NCBI GenBank assembly: GCA_002269645.1 | Contig: NIVC01001634.1 | Span: forward strand, 62,001 to 126,000 | Reading direction: 5' to 3' | Length of the DNA: 64,000 bases | DNA from: Macrostomum lignano | Lineage: Eukaryota | Shown: positions 27,290-46,484 of the stretch, piece after piece | Layout: each line of letters begins with the position of its first letter | How positions within the stretch are numbered: the first letter of the stretch is position 1 | Made by a program: the position numbers and the translations under genes | The notes under the pieces: model-generated | Database searches by the model: none | Told to the model about the DNA's origin: nothing | What the model saw: only the letters and a program-made list of their open reading frames with translations

Positions 27290-27574
27290 TTACGCCTGCC
27301 TCAATTAGGCAGATGTGCAACAGACAGCTCAGCCGCAGCTATTGCGCAGCGCATCTGAAGGCTGCGTACGGCTGTTCAGTCCAAGGACTGGGTGGTCGCC
27401 ACACACCCTCAATTACCCCAGCTAATGCTGGCACCCATTTTACAGCTGGGTGAACTGAAGCAATGCAGAGTTAAGTGTCTTGCTCAAGGCACAAATTGTT
27501 CCGAGTGGGTCGAGAATCGAACCCCCGACCTTTCAGTCGTGAGTCCGACACCCTAACCACTAGGCTACAGTCCC
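27290..27574 (-). mobile_element. tRNA-derived CORE-type (MIR-like) SINE
   Basis: The minus strand carries an A box (TAGCCTAGTGG) and a B box (GGTTCGATTC). The plus strand reads CCCATTTTACAGCTGGGTGAACTGAAGCAATGCAGAGTTAAGTGTCTTGCTCAAGG, resembling the MIR core CCCATTTTACAGATGAGGAAACTGAGGC...GGTTAAGTGACTTGCCCAAGG. A second copy lies at 34745-34993. Confidence 0.85.
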
Positions 27575-27742
27575 TGCTAGGCTACAACCCCTTACAACAG
27601 CTACTTAAGTAAGTAGTATATCTATCTATAAACAGCCTTCAGTTATTAAGTAAGTAGCATGATTATTATCAAGCATCTATAGTAGTATCTATATTTTAAT
27701 AAATTTTTATTAACTTAGCAGTATTTTTACTGATATTTTCGC

Positions 27743-32921
<5,179 letters not shown>

Positions 32922-33354
32922 GTTAATGATGAGTTAAAAACTGTTTTTGTCACTGGAGCTTCATTCGTCTCTTTAGTATATTGACTAGCTTTCTTTGCCC
33001 CCCTCTCGGTGTCTCCTCCAACTCTTACAGTTCTCTCTCTCTCCTTTATTGATTGTATTGTTAAAGTGCTTCCCTTTAGACAGTGACCATTGATTTGTTC
33101 AAACCTAATAAATAAATTCTTTTGGTTGCTAATTGCATGTATTTTTTATCGACATTGCACATTCCACTGTTTCTATTTTTACGTCAAATCTATTTAATGA
33201 TAAAATTTTCTATATAAATTTTCTAAATATTGATCTTAAAGTAAACTTAAACTTAAATATTTTTTTGTCAACTTGATTTAAATTTACTGGCATCCAATTA
33301 ACTTGTCTTAAATATTTGTTACTTCTAAGTTTATTCACTCATCTGATTGCATTT

Positions 33355-33670
33355 TGTAGACCTTCAAAAGTACCCGGCCATTGACCTTCAAAAATACCCA
33401 AATTGACCTTCAGAATAATTTAACCATTGAACTTCCAAAGTACTCAACCATTGACCTTCAGAAATACCCAACCATTCAACTTCAGAAGTGCTCAGCCATT
33501 CACCTTTAGAAGTATAAACAATGACCTTCAAAAGTACCCAACCATTAACCTTTAGAAGTACCTAACTAAACATGGACCCCAACCATTGACCTTCAAAAGT
33601 ACCCACCATCGACCTTCAGAAGGACTCAAAACTTGATAAACCTTAAAAATACTGAAACAATGACCTTCGG
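33355..33670. repeat. Degenerate CCATTGACCTTCAAAAGTACC repeat between MOCOS and ZNF341
   Basis: About 10 degenerate units with a TGACCTT core. Confidence 0.8.
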
Positions 33671-33708
33671 ATGTTACCTAGCAACTCGCAACTTACCGAT
33701 TTCCTAAA

Positions 33709-36700
33709 ATGCATGCGATGCAGCAAAACTCCAGCCAAGAATGCTACAACTGTCCTGCTGCCAGCATAGCAACAGATCTGTTCGTATGCGGCCTATGCTC
33801 AGTTAGCTTTCACGAGCTGGGCCAGTTTCTGGCGCACAGGAATTCCAACTGCTTGGCCGCGACCGGCAATGCCGGCTGCAACTACGCGGCCGCGTCATCG
33901 TCCACTGCTGGCAGGTTTCTGACTCACCTGCAGCAGGTTGAGCCGCCGCCTAACCATCAGTCCCCAGCCGCCTGCCTGAGCCAGGGCTACAGTGCTCCGC
34001 CAACTGCCGTTGTTGTTGCCACGGATGACTTTGTTGGCCAGCAGAGTCTGCCGTTTTTACCTGCCGATGCTGGTCCAACGGTGAGGAAGTACTTGATGTA
34101 CTGTTTTCTTTTTAGGAAGTGTTGGGAACAACTAGCAACCGATTAGAAAGTTTCATCACTTGACTCCACACCCACCAAATAATTAATTTGAATACCGCCC
34201 GGAGTCGAACCAGTCCTTCTGCTTATCAGAGCGGCGTTATTGGCCACTAATTGGACCTCCCCTAAGTTTAAATCGAATCAAATTGACAAATATATAAGCT
34301 GTTGAAGCCCGCGACTTTTGAAGTCATACTGAAACAAAAACGTGTTAATAGTTTCGATTGAAGTTTGAAAAATTTGAGTAAATTCTTGTTAAATTAGGAT
34401 TTGAGGCAAGCATTGATCTCATCGGCTGGGGTGCCGCACAGAATGAGTCTGTTTAAACCATGTGTGGGCAAACTCTGGTCTCTGCCTCTTTCTCCGTCCC
34501 GATCTGGTTCTTTGAAACTTATCTCCTCTCTCCTCTTTCCTCTCTCCTTTCTTTTCTCATCCCATGTATCATCTCCTCCTCTCTCCTCTCTTATCCCTTT
34601 TCTTTTTTATCTCATCTCTCCTGTCTTATCTCTTCTCTCTTCTCTCTTCTCTCTGCTCGCTTATCTCTACTCTCTCCTCTCTTCCCTCCCCTTTTCTCTC
34701 TTCTCTCTTCTCACTGTTACTCTCTCTTCTCGTATATATATATTTTTTATTACACCTGCCCTAATGGCCGCAGCTTTTGCTGTTCAGTCCAAGTACTGGG
34801 GGGTCGCCACACACAGCCTCAATTGCCCCAGCTAATGCTGGTGCCCATTTTACAGCTGGGTGAACTGAAGCAATGCAGAGTTAAGTGTCTTGCTCAAGGA
34901 CACAAATTGTTCCAGTCCAGTATTGGATTCAAGAATCGAACCCCCGACCTCCTTGCCAGCAGTCCGACACTCTAACCACTAGGCTACAACCCCCATTTAC
35001 ATATTGAACCATTGCCAATCATTTTAAAGGCCTATTCAAACGGCATGGCGGATCCAACTGCAAGTCACCAGCAGCAGCACCAGCCTCAGTCAACTGTCAC
35101 AGTGCCCAATTGCGGCTACTTTGATCCTGCAGCTTTGACACCTGCCAACAATCAGCACGTGCATCAGCAGGTGCCTCATCAGAACCCGATGGTTCAACAA
35201 ATGCAATCAGAGGATGAGCAGCATCAGTCAGCTTTGCCATTAACTGCTCTTCTCTCTGAGGCATCAGTGGTCATTGATAGTACAGGTGCTTCATCAGTTG
35301 CAGTACCAGACTCTGCAGCCTCCAATTGCTTTCATCATCCACCTGTCAATCAGCAGCAGCAATATGAAGATTGCACTCATCAGCAGTATTCTAACAGCTA
35401 CGCAGATCCTTATAATCTGCAGCAGCAGCAGCAGCAGAATTATGAGTTGTACGCGGCCAATACTACTTGTCAGCAGCATCAGCAGTATCAGCATGATCAG
35501 TCGCAAATGTTTGCAGAAAATCACGCGGTCAATTCTTATTATAGTTATCAGCAGCAAGCGGCAGTGGGTCATCAAGGTCATCAGGGTCATCAAGGTCATC
35601 AGGGTCATCAAGGTCATCAGGGTCATCAGGGTCATCAAGGTAATCAGGATCATCAAGGTCATCAAGGTCATCAAGGTCATCAAGGTCATCAAGGTCATCA
35701 GGGTCATCAAGGTCATCAGGGTCATCAGGGTCATCAAGGTAATCAGGATCATCAAGGTCATCAAGGTCATCAGGGTCATCAAGGTCATCAGGATCACCAG
35801 GGTCATCAAGGTCATCAGGGTCATCAGTCGTCTTTTATCCAGCAACCGCAGCCAGCACCTGCTGCAATGATGTCGGAACAAGTTTTAGCACCTTCTTCTT
35901 CGTTAGCCAGTGCTAACAGACAATCGCGAACAGGCGGCGAACAAAGAAACGATAATCAACGCTCTAAAGTGACGTTGCTACGTTCAACTGACAGGCCGCA
36001 GATGTTTCCTTGCACAGTGTGCAACTTTGTGTGCAAATATCAGAATCAGCTGACCCTGCACATGAGAAAGCATACGGGTTAGTTTTGCGGTTATACTACT
36101 ACTCGATTTTTTGTTTATAAGTAGCGTAGTATCTGGTATGAATAACATGATTTTCGATACATATCGGCCAAAGAACACTTGTAGAGAATTCTTAAGATAG
36201 TTTATTTTCCAAAAAATCCGGTATATATTTTTTATATTATTTTCGATACATATCGGGTGTTAATTTTCATTTAATAGTTTAGTTTGGTTTATGAAATTAT
36301 TTTTAGTTAAAAACATGAGATTGCTAAATTTGCTGTTCACAGTACTCGATAACTTGTCCTTGTAAGTAGTTTAGTTTGAATATATGTTTTATATATATGT
36401 ATCGAATATATGCTTTTCGATACATATCGGCTATTTATTGCTATCAACCTTTATTGTCCGCAGGCGAGAAGCCATTCCAATGCGCTATTTGCGGTCGGTC
36501 TTTCTCATTGAAGCACAACGTTCGCAAACACATGAACTCGCACAGGATCTGGCCCGCAGCGGCAGCGCCCCCGCCTGCTGCTACATCATCTTCATCTCCA
36601 GCTCCCGCTGAGGCTGCTGCACCGAATTCGACATCTGCTGGTCAGCCTTCGACTGTTGTCGACACCGCGTCTGGTGTCGAGGCAGCAACCGGTCAATCGT

Positions 36701-39190
36701 CGGTTGCTATGGCAACAGAGTCGAACTCGCCAAGTGTTCCAGCCGACGCCTTGCTAGTTCGGCCGTCCAAGTCGGTCAGCGCGGCTGTCCGGACTAAGGC
36801 GTACACCATACTGGAGTCTGACGGCCTGGGCCGGCACTCCTCGGAGCCTTTGGTAATTATAGCCTGCGGTTTTTCTTAGAAATTCAATACTGCGATAATC
36901 TAAGATTGAGGCTATTTATTAGCGTTGCCAGTTTAATGTTTAATGTCTTGAAATTAGTCTCTAATAAATAATAATCGGCTTAAAATAGTCCCTCTTTAAC
37001 AATGTACTTTAAAATCGCCTACTTAAGATCGACCCCTAAAAACGCCCTCCCTCCTTAAAATCGCCCTCCCCCTCTAAGAATCGCTTTCCCCTAAAAATCG
37101 CCCTCCCTCCTAAAAGTATTCTTCCTCTCAAAAACCGCCCTCCTAAGAATCGCCCACCCCCAAAAATTGACAATCCCTAAAAACCGCTTTCCCCATAAAA
37201 ATCGTCTTCCCCCTAAAAATCGCCCCCTAAAAATCGTCACCTAAAAATGCCTGCAAATTCCCAATCCTAAAATCGCCCCGAAACGCCCCCCCCCCTAGGT
37301 ACTCGTTGACAGCCGCCACGAGTGCCGCTTCTGCGGCCAGTGCTTCCCCAATTTCCATCAGCTTCGCAGCCACCTGCACCGGCTGCACCAACAATTAAAA
37401 GTCTACCGCTGCCTGCTGGCCTCATGCCAGTTCCAATGCGGTCCATTAGATCCGTTTCTAAAGCACCTGGAGCAGCACAGGGCCGCGGGCGAGCTGTCCT
37501 ATCCGTGTCAGAAGTGCGGTGATCAGTTCAGCACGCTGCAGCAGCTGGCTCTGCACGAAGCCGCGCACTCGCCAACTGCCGCTGACAAAGACGATGCTGA
37601 CGACAGCGTCACCGACAGCCAAGACGATTCCAACAATGAGCAGGTCCGAAGCAGGAGCACCCGGAAGAAGCCTTCTTCCTCTTCTGCTTCTGCAAAGAAG
37701 AAATCTAGATTGTCTGGTCGAAGGCGGGCAAGGTTTGTAAAATACTACTAGCAGGGATTTTAGATGATTGGGGAATACCATCCTAGTGCTGGGCCGTCTG
37801 GAGCTTGAGTACCTGGAGCTTGAGTACCTGGAGCTTGAGTACCTGGAGCTTGAGTACCTGGAGCTTGAGTACCTGGAGCTTGAGTACCTGGAGCTTGAGT
37901 ACTTGGAGCTTGAGTACCTGGAGCTTGAGTACCTGGAGCTTGAGTACCTGGAGCTTGAGTATCAGTTTGAGTACCTGGAGCTTGAGTACCTGGAGCTTGA
38001 GAAACCTGGAGCTTGAGTACCTGGAGCTTGAAAAACCTGGAGCTTGAGTACCTGGAGCTTGAGTACCTGGAGCTTGAGTGCCGGGAGCTTGAGTACCGGG
38101 AGCTTGAGTACCGGGAGCTTGAGTACCGGGAGCTTGAGTACCGGGAACTTGAGTACCGGGAGCTTGAGTACCTGGAGCTGGCACCGGGATCTGACACCGA
38201 TAGCTGAGTCACTAATGCCACTCCCCCATTATCTCAACATTAATCCCCCCCTTCAGCGCCGCGGACAACAGTTGCCGCTGCCTGGAATGCGGCGCCCAGT
38301 TCAAGAGCAGCCGGGCCGCGCTGGTGCACAAGCACCAGGCCCACCACCGGACACATTGCTGCCCAGTCTGCCGCAAGAAATTTGTCTTTTATAAGCGGCT
38401 TTGCGAGCACATGGCCAGCCACGGTGCCCTGTCGGAGCTGCCGAAGCCGGCCAGTCGAAATGTCCAACGTCGATTTGTCTGTCCGATGTGTCCGAACCGC
38501 TACCGGCTGAGGGTGCAGCTGGACTATCACCTGGTGACGGTGCATCATCAGTCAGCTAATAGGTCCATAGTTAGTGCCAACAATCAGTCCCTGGCCTGCC
38601 CGATTGAAGGCTGCCCGAGCCGCAGCGGCACTCAGGCTCACCTGAAGCTGCACCTGCTTCGCCAGCATCGCAATCGAGCTATTGACGCCTCCGTGACCCA
38701 GTTCGACTGCGACATCTGTCCCAGACGGTTGTACAACAAGCGAGCTTTCCTGAGGCACATGCGAAAGCACGAGCAAGCCGAGCGGGTTTCTGCTTCTAGG
38801 AGGCAACAGGAAACTGTGGCTTGCTGTCAGGTGTGCGGCAGAAAGTTCAAGCGATTAAACGCTTTGAAATTGCACGAGTCAACTTGCAGAAGCAGCAATA
38901 GCGGCAATAGAAGCAATAGAAGCAAGCCGGGAAACATTGATCCGACTAGTTGCGACAGTCTACGGAGGTCTGACCGGTTGCGGTCCAAGAGACAGGCTGG
39001 GAACCAGTGTAGTGAGCAGCTGAGTCTATTAGAGGACCGAACTGATCACTGTTCGGAGCTGGCGTCTTCTCAGATGTGTACGGAAGAAGATATTGGGCAA
39101 AAGCAGCAGCAGCAGCAGCAGCAGAGTTTTCTACAGTTATTGCCTGACTTTGATTCTGCTAATAACAGCTTGATTCCTATTGATTATTGA
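33709..39190 (+). CDS. ZNF341: ZNF341-like C2H2 zinc-finger transcription factor, 1058 aa. Exons 33709-34080, 35030-36077, 36464-36852, 37299-37732, 38257-39190
   Basis: N-terminal [12 protein letters not shown]...FLAHRNSNC finger. [33 protein letters not shown] resembles ZNF341 HTGEKPFQC...NVKKHMQTHKVWP. It is followed by [14 protein letters not shown] and LSYPCQKC fingers and further C-terminal fingers. Splice phases 0/1/0/2 are consistent (3177 nt). Confidence 0.88.
34194..34263 (-). pseudogene. Degenerate tRNA-like sequence or SINE head in ZNF341 intron 1
   Basis: The minus strand has an A-box-like GTCCAATTAGTGG, a CTGATAA loop and a B box GGTTCGACTCC, but the stems do not pair properly. 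Confidence 0.35.
34745..34993 (-). mobile_element. tRNA-derived CORE-type SINE, second near-full copy (ZNF341 intron 1)
   Basis: Near-identical core to 27290-27574, with the same A and B boxes on the minus strand. Confidence 0.85.
35567..35827 (+). repeat. Coding 9-bp repeat: 29 tripeptide units (GHQ, with GNQ and DHQ variants) inside ZNF341 exon 2
   Basis: 261 nt, in frame between acceptor 35029 and donor 36078. Confidence 0.92.
37005..37290. repeat. AAAATCGCCC-core degenerate repeat in ZNF341 intron 3
   Basis: Same core as MOCOS introns 2 and 4. Confidence 0.8.
37798..38180. repeat. 15-bp minisatellite (GGAGCTTGAGTACCT) in ZNF341 intron 4
   Basis: Direct periodicity. Confidence 0.96.
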
Positions 39191-39254
39191 CACTATTGAC
39201 AGTTTTAGTCTAATGACAATTGCATTTTTAAAGGTTAAATTGCTATTTATATAC

Positions 39255-40235
39255 ATGGGATAATCCTTTGATGATTAATTTGACCTGGGATAATCATGTG
39301 TTGATTAATTTCACCTGGGATAATCATTTGGTGATTAATTTCACCTGGGATAACCATTTGTTGATTAATTTCACCTGGGATAACCATTTGTTGATTAATT
39401 TCACTTGGGATAACCATTTGTTGATTTATTTCACCTGGGATAACCATTTGTTGATTAATTTCACCTGGGATAACCATTTGTTGATTAATTTCACCTGGGA
39501 TAATCATTTGATGATTAATTTCACCTGGGATAATCATTTGGTGATTAATTTCACCTGGGATAACCATTTGTTGATTAATTTTACCTGGGATAATCATGTG
39601 TTGATTAATTTCACCTGGGATAATCATTTGTTGATTAATTTCACCTGGGATAACCATTTGGTGATTAATTTCACCTGGGATAACCATTTGTTGATTAATT
39701 TTACCTGGGATAATCATGTGTTGATTAATTTCACCTGGGATAACCATTTGTTGATTAATTTCACCTGGGATAATCATTTGATGATTAATTTCACCTGGGA
39801 TAATCATTTGATGATTAATTTCACCTGGGATAATCATTTGGTGATTAATTTCACCTGGGATAACCATTTGTTGATTAATTTTACCTGGGATAATCATGTG
39901 TTGATTAATTTCACCTGGGATAATCATTTGTTGATTAATTTCACCTGGGATAACCATTTGGTGATTAATTTCACCTGGGATAACCATTTGTTGATTAATT
40001 TTACCTGGGATAATCATGTGTTGATTAATTTCACCTGGGATAACCATTTGTTGATTAATTTCACCTGGGATAATCATTTGATGATTAATTTCACCTGGGA
40101 TAATCATTTGATGATTAATTTCACCTGGGATAATCATTTGGTGATTAATTTCACCTGGGATAATCATTTGATGATTAATTTCACCTGGGATAATCATTTG
40201 ATTATTAATTTCATTTGGGATAATCATGTGTTGAT
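39255..40235. repeat. 30-bp minisatellite (TTGATTAATTTCACCTGGGATAACCATTTG), about 33 copies
   Basis: Direct periodicity starting about 65 nt after the ZNF341 stop. Confidence 0.97.
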
Positions 40236-40529
40236 AAAATTCATATTGTTCATGTGCACATGTACTGCTCCTTGAAGTTCGTCTGCAATTGTTTAATTGA
40301 CATCTCAGGTATCAACTAGGATTAGTATTAACTAGGAATCTTAGAATTGATTAATGTATTTCTTGGAATTGGTAATCGTATATCTGGAAATCAATGCAAA
40401 ATAGAAAATACAACGCAACATTCAGCCAATTTTATGGTGATGTTTTTCCGCTGTTTTAATGAATTTATCGGTTATCATTTATATGTTTTTGTTAGTTTAT
40501 AACTAATATGTCTAATTATTCATCCACTC

Positions 40530-40915
40530 TCACAAATGTACACTCGCTGCACACCAACCCTATCCCAATGTACACTCACTCCACACCCACCCCATCCCAA
40601 TGTACAGTCACCCCACAGCCATTCCGTCCCAATGTACACTCACTTCGCACCCTTCCCCCTCAATTTACACTCAATTCGCACCCTTCCCCCTCAATGTACG
40701 CTAACTTCACACCCACCCCTCCCAACGTACGCTCACTCCACACCCACCCCCTCACAATGTACACACTTGCTCCACACCCACCCCTCCCAATGTACAGTCA
40801 CTCCACACCCACCCCTCCCAATGTACACTCACTCCACACCCATCCCTCCCAATGTACACTCACTCCACACCCTTCCCCCTTAATGTACACTCACTCCGCA
40901 CCAACCCCTAATGTA
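40530..40915. repeat. AATGTACAC-core minisatellite of about 31 bp upstream of NOP10
   Basis: Repeated AATGTACACTCACTCCACACCC. Confidence 0.88.
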
Positions 40916-41012
40916 CTTCTCTTTATAATGGAACTACAAAACCACTTGCATGCTTCAAAACAGCTTCATCAATTCGATCTAGGCTCTATAAAAATCTCTC
41001 AATAAACCAAAG

Positions 41013-41207
41013 ATGCTGCTCCGCTACTACCTGAACGAGCAGGGCGAGCGAGTTTACACTCTGAAATCGGTAGACCCGGATGGCAAGCCGACCCAGTCGG
41101 CCCACCCCGCCAGGTTCTCGCCGCACGACCCCTACTCCCGGCATCGCATCACCATCAAGAAGCGTTTCGGCCTGCTGCCCACACAGCAGCCGCCTGTGGT
41201 CTATTAA
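41013..41207 (+). CDS. NOP10: H/ACA ribonucleoprotein subunit 3 (NOP10), 64 aa, intronless
   Basis: [18 protein letters not shown]...[27 protein letters not shown] is the NOP10 consensus. AATAAA at 41251. Confidence 0.97.
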   Translation: MLLRYYLNEQGERVYTLKSVDPDGKPTQSAHPARFSPHDPYSRHRITIKKRFGLLPTQQPPVVY

Positions 41208-41454
41208 TTTGACCTCGCTTAACCTTGACTTTTAATCGTGTACTTTTAAAAATAAAGCCTCTTTATTCGCAATGTGAAACGACAGTTTATAAATAAAAAT
41301 GTCTACCAGCCTCATTAGTGGCGAGCATTTCTACTGCGTTGCTAGCTGGGATTTCAGGAACTGAAACTGGGGTTTGAGGTTTGTTTCTTTTTGGTTAATT
41401 CTTTAATAGTTATAGTGTTATTAAATTTGCAGTTTACTCGTATTTCTTAGCTCA

Positions 41455-42337
<883 letters not shown>

Positions 42338-42419
42338 ATTTACAGTGCCTCCCCAATCTCTCAAGCAGCATCCCACAGCGGTAATTCAGTAAACCAAGTC
42401 ACCCGCTGCCAAGCACAGG

Positions 42420-42785
42420 ATGGGCAAGTCCAAGGGTGCAACAGGCGGCGGCGGTGGCGGCAAAGACAAGGACGCCAAAGAGAAAAAAGGCGGCACAGCC
42501 GTGAAAGTCCGTCACATCCTGTGCGAGAAGCAGTCTAAGTGTCTGCAAGCTCTCGAGCTATTAAAATCTGGACGAAGATTCAACGAGGTGGCGTCGGAAT
42601 TCTCCGAGGACAAGGCGCGGTCTGGCGGCGACCTCGGCTGGATGACGCGCGGCTCGATGGTTGGCGACTTTCAAGACGCCGCGTTCGCTTTGCCAATCAG
42701 CTCGCTGGACAAGCCGGTTTTCACTGACCCGCCCGTGAAAACTAAGTTTGGCTATCACATCATCATGGTGGAGGGGAAGAAGTAG
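42420..42785 (+). CDS. PIN4: Parvulin-type peptidyl-prolyl isomerase PIN4/Par14, 121 aa, intronless CDS
   Basis: Basic Gly/Lys-rich N-tail followed by [31 protein letters not shown] and [18 protein letters not shown]. Confidence 0.97.
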   Translation: MGKSKGATGGGGGGKDKDAKEKKGGTAVKVRHILCEKQSKCLQALELLKSGRRFNEVASEFSEDKARSGGDLGWMTRGSMVGDFQDAAFALPISSLDKPVFTDPPVKTKFGYHIIMVEGKK

Positions 42786-42879
42786 CCCTGCTGCTGTATG
42801 GCTCTGGTTCACTTTGGCCAAAGCTGCGAGGCAATCTGTTTTATGGAAGATATGCATCTGTCTGCCTCTGCCCATCTGC

Positions 42880-43670
42880 CTCCCACCGTCTCCTTCTCCC
42901 TCCCTCTCTCCTCTCTCTCACTTTCCTCTCTCCTCCCCTCTCTCCTTACATTCTCTCCTCTCTCACTCTCCCTCTTCCCTCCCCTCCTCTCTCCCTCTCG
43001 CCCTCCTTCTCCCTCTCTCTCCTCTCCCTTTCTCCCTCCTCCCTCCTCTCTCCTCCCTCCCTCTCCTCTCCCTTTCCCCCTCCTCCCTCCTCTCTCCTCT
43101 CCCTTTCCCCCTCCTCCCTCCTCTCTCCTCCCTCCCTCTCCTCTCCCTTTCCCCCTTCTCCCTCCTCTCTCCTCCCTCCCTCACCTCTCCCTTTTCCCCT
43201 CCTCCCTCCTCTCTCCTCCCTCCCTCTCCTCTCCCTTTCCCCCTTCTCCCTCCTCTCTCCTCCCTCCCTCACCTCTCTCCCTCTCGCTCTCCTTCTCCCT
43301 CTCTCTTCTCCCTCTCTCTCTCTCCCCTCTCTCCTTCTCCCTCTCTCTCCTCCCCCCTCTCCCCCCTCTCTCTCCTCTCCCTCTCCTCTCCCCCTGTCCC
43401 CCTTCTCCCTCCTCTCTCCTCCCTCCCTCACCTCTCTCCCTCTCGCCCTCCTTCTCCCTCTCTCTTCTCCCTCTCTCTCTCCCCCCTCTCTCTCCTCTCC
43501 CTCTCCTCCCCCCTCTCCCCCTCTCTCTCCTCTCCCCTCTCCCCCTCCCCCTCCTTCTCCCTCTCTCTCCTCCCCCCTCTCCCCCCTCTCTCTCCTCTCC
43601 CTCTTCTCTCCCCCTCTCCCCCTCCCCCTCCTTCTCCCTCCTCTCTCCTCCTTCCCTATCTTCTCCGTCT
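42880..43670. repeat. CT-rich low-complexity tract downstream of PIN4
   Basis: Almost purely pyrimidine on the plus strand. Confidence 0.95.
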
Positions 43671-44088
43671 CTCACACTACATCTCTGAGTATATCTTTAC
43701 TGCAGATAAGAAACAGAATTAAAAACTCTCCAGTGCAGATTTCTCTCTGTTAAATAAAGAAGTAGGCCAGTTCAATTCGCTCTGATCCTGGTGTTCGTTC
43801 GCTAGTTGGTTGCTTGTCTCGTTTAACATGATTCTTTAGACTGAGTTCGGAATGTACAAAACCTGAAATAAATTAAATGTAATTGTAGCAAACGGCATTG
43901 TTGCTACTATAAATGTGCTCAATGTTTTTGTATATCTGCACTTTTTAGTGCCTTTTTGATTTTTTGATTTCAATTGTCTATGGCACATTGAGATCATTTC
44001 CAAACAAGGCACTTCATCTTGCTAGGCAAGATGTTTTCAAAGGTTCTTCTATTTAAAAATCATATTCATCTTCGAGCCAACTAACAAA

Positions 44089-44298
44089 ATGCCTGATGCC
44101 TTGAAACGTCGGGTGCCTTCATTTCGCGAGGTGTACATGCTGAGGCCTATCGACCTGCTTTACCTGGAGCCTGGCTACATTCTCGGGCTCACTGTGTCCG
44201 TGATCCTGCTGCTATTGCTGAGCAAGATTTGGCAATACTTTGCCGAAGATGAGGATAATAAAGCCGGCGCGGACAGTTTAAAATATTCTCTCGAATAA
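44089..44298 (+). CDS. Putative 69-aa single-pass membrane micro-protein, family not recognised
   Basis: ATG start, exon-like GC-rich codons within AT-rich flanks, one hydrophobic helix (YILGLTVSVILLLLLSKIW) and acceptor-like AGs at 44025 and 44042. Confidence 0.55.
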   Translation: MPDALKRRVPSFREVYMLRPIDLLYLEPGYILGLTVSVILLLLLSKIWQYFAEDEDNKAGADSLKYSLE

Positions 44299-44544
44299 TT
44301 GCTACTTTCGATACATATCGGCTGAGATTTTTTACGTAAATTGCTTCGATGGACGGCGCAAATTTCTTTGCTTACTACTTCTCGGGTAATACTATAGTAG
44401 TATCTGGCAAGTGTGAGTGATAGCCTGAAAATTGCAAAGTTCTGTCTGTCCTTTAAAACTTTTCCATGCCATGTTACGTAGGGTTACAGTTTTGTTAGAA
44501 ATATATATATCAATGTGAACTGCTTTAAATGTTTCAATTTAATG

Positions 44545-45742
44545 TCTAATGTCATTCGTGACTAATATCATTGCTTACACACCAGTATCATTCTTGACAC
44601 ACTAATGTCGCTCCTGACACACTAATGTAGCTCCTGACACACTAATGTAGCTCCTGACACACTAATGTCATTCCTGACACACCAATGTCATTCCTGACAC
44701 ACCAATGTCATTACTGACACTAATATCATTGCTTACACACGAATATCATTCCTGAAATCAATGTCATTTTTGACACACTAATATCATTCCTGACATCAAT
44801 GTCGTTCCTGACACAGTGACACAGTGATATCATTCCTGACATCAATGTTCCTGACACAGTGACACAGTGATATCATTCCTGACACACTAATGTCATTCCT
44901 GACACACTAATGTCATTCCTGACACACCAATGTCATTCCTGACACACCAATGTCATTCCTGACACACTAATATCATTCCTGACACACTAATGTCATTCCT
45001 GACACACCAATGTCATTTCTGACACTAATGTCATTCCTGACACACCAATGTCATTCCTGACACACTGATATCATTCCTGACACACCAATGTCATTCCTGA
45101 CACACTAATGTCATTCCTGAGACACTAATGTCATTCCTGACACACTAATGTCATTCCTGACACCCTAATATCATTCCTGACACCCTAATATCATTCTTGA
45201 CACACTAATGTCATTCCTGACACACTAATGTCATTCCTGACACACTGATGTCATTCCTGACACACTAATGTCATTCCTGACATGTGTGTCATTCCTGACA
45301 CACTTTTGTCATTCCTAACACTCTTGTCATTCCTGACACACTAATATCATTCCTGACACACTAATATCATTCCTGACACAGTAATGTCATTCCTGACACC
45401 CTAATATCATTCCTGACACACTATTAATGTCATTCCTGACACACTATTGTCATTCCTGACACACTAATGGCATTCCTGACACACTAATGTCATTCCTGAC
45501 ACACTAATGGCATTCCTGACACACTATTGTCATTCCTGACACACTATTTTCATTCCTGACACACTAATGTCATTCTTGACACACTAATGTCATTCCTGAC
45601 ACACTGATGTCATTCCTGACACACTATTGTCATTCCTGACACACTGATGTCATTCCTGACACACTAATATCATTCCTGACACACTAATATCATTCCTGAC
45701 ACACTAATATCATTCCTGACACACTAATGGCATTCCTGACAC
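44545..45742. repeat. 20-bp minisatellite (CACACTAATGTCATTCCTGA)
   Basis: Direct periodicity. Confidence 0.96.
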
Positions 45743-46254
45743 TCCACAGCCTTCCCAAAACGCACACAAGAAGCAGCAGCTGTTTCTCAAAAGCGGGTTC
45801 CAATTTCAAAATTGCATGTAACTGTTGAGTCAGTCTATTGAGAACAGTCGGACTTGAAGACACAGCTCGGCCCGTGTCTGGTTTCGGTGCAGCTGCACCG
45901 CCTTAGACTCCCTGCAGAAACATGACTCCACTAGCTGCCAGCATAGACGTGTGGTTACAGCATCCAGTTTTTGCCGGCAGGTGTTTCAATATACAGGGCC
46001 CGTGAGAAAAACTTATTACGCTCGTATTAATTAAAAGAAGAATATTGCTCCTCTAGTGTCCAGTGTCTGCTTTTTTCTCGGGAACAAATGACAGGGCAGC
46101 CCCCAGACAGCAAGCAAGGGATTAGAAGCTAGTGCGAATATTTCTTTTTAGGCTTCTAATTAGAGTTCGGCTGCACTTGAAACTTTATATTCTGTTTCTA
46201 TTGTATTCAAATAGGCTCATTCATGTGAGTCGTTTTTATTAAAAAATGCGGATT

Positions 46255-46480
46255 CAAGGGCGCCTGCATCAAGGACACCATTTCACTTCATTTTGAGGGG
46301 GAGGCGCCATTTCATTTTGAGGGAGGCGCCATTTTATTTTGAGGGCGAGGCGCCATTTTATTTTGAGGTAGGCGCCATTTCATTTTGAGGGGTAGGCGCC
46401 ATTTCATTTTGAGGGGTAGGCGCCATTTTATTTTGAGGGGGAGGCGCCATTTCATTTTGAGGGAGGCGCCATTTCATTTT
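46255..46480. repeat. GGCGCC-core minisatellite of about 23 bp (GGCGCCATTTCATTTTGAGGGGA)
   Basis: About 9 units. Confidence 0.9.
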
Positions 46481-46484
46481 GATC

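Noticed and set aside
34194-34263. Functional tRNA-Ile(GAT)
   Set aside because: The acceptor and anticodon stems do not pair; kept only as a degenerate tRNA-like sequence.
39247-40275. ORFs of 326 and 335 aa on both strands; superficially CRISPR-like periodicity
   Set aside because: Head-to-tail 30-bp units with no unique spacers, no cas genes and a eukaryotic context.
42748-43722. ORFs of 324 and 296 aa after PIN4
   Set aside because: CT low-complexity tract.
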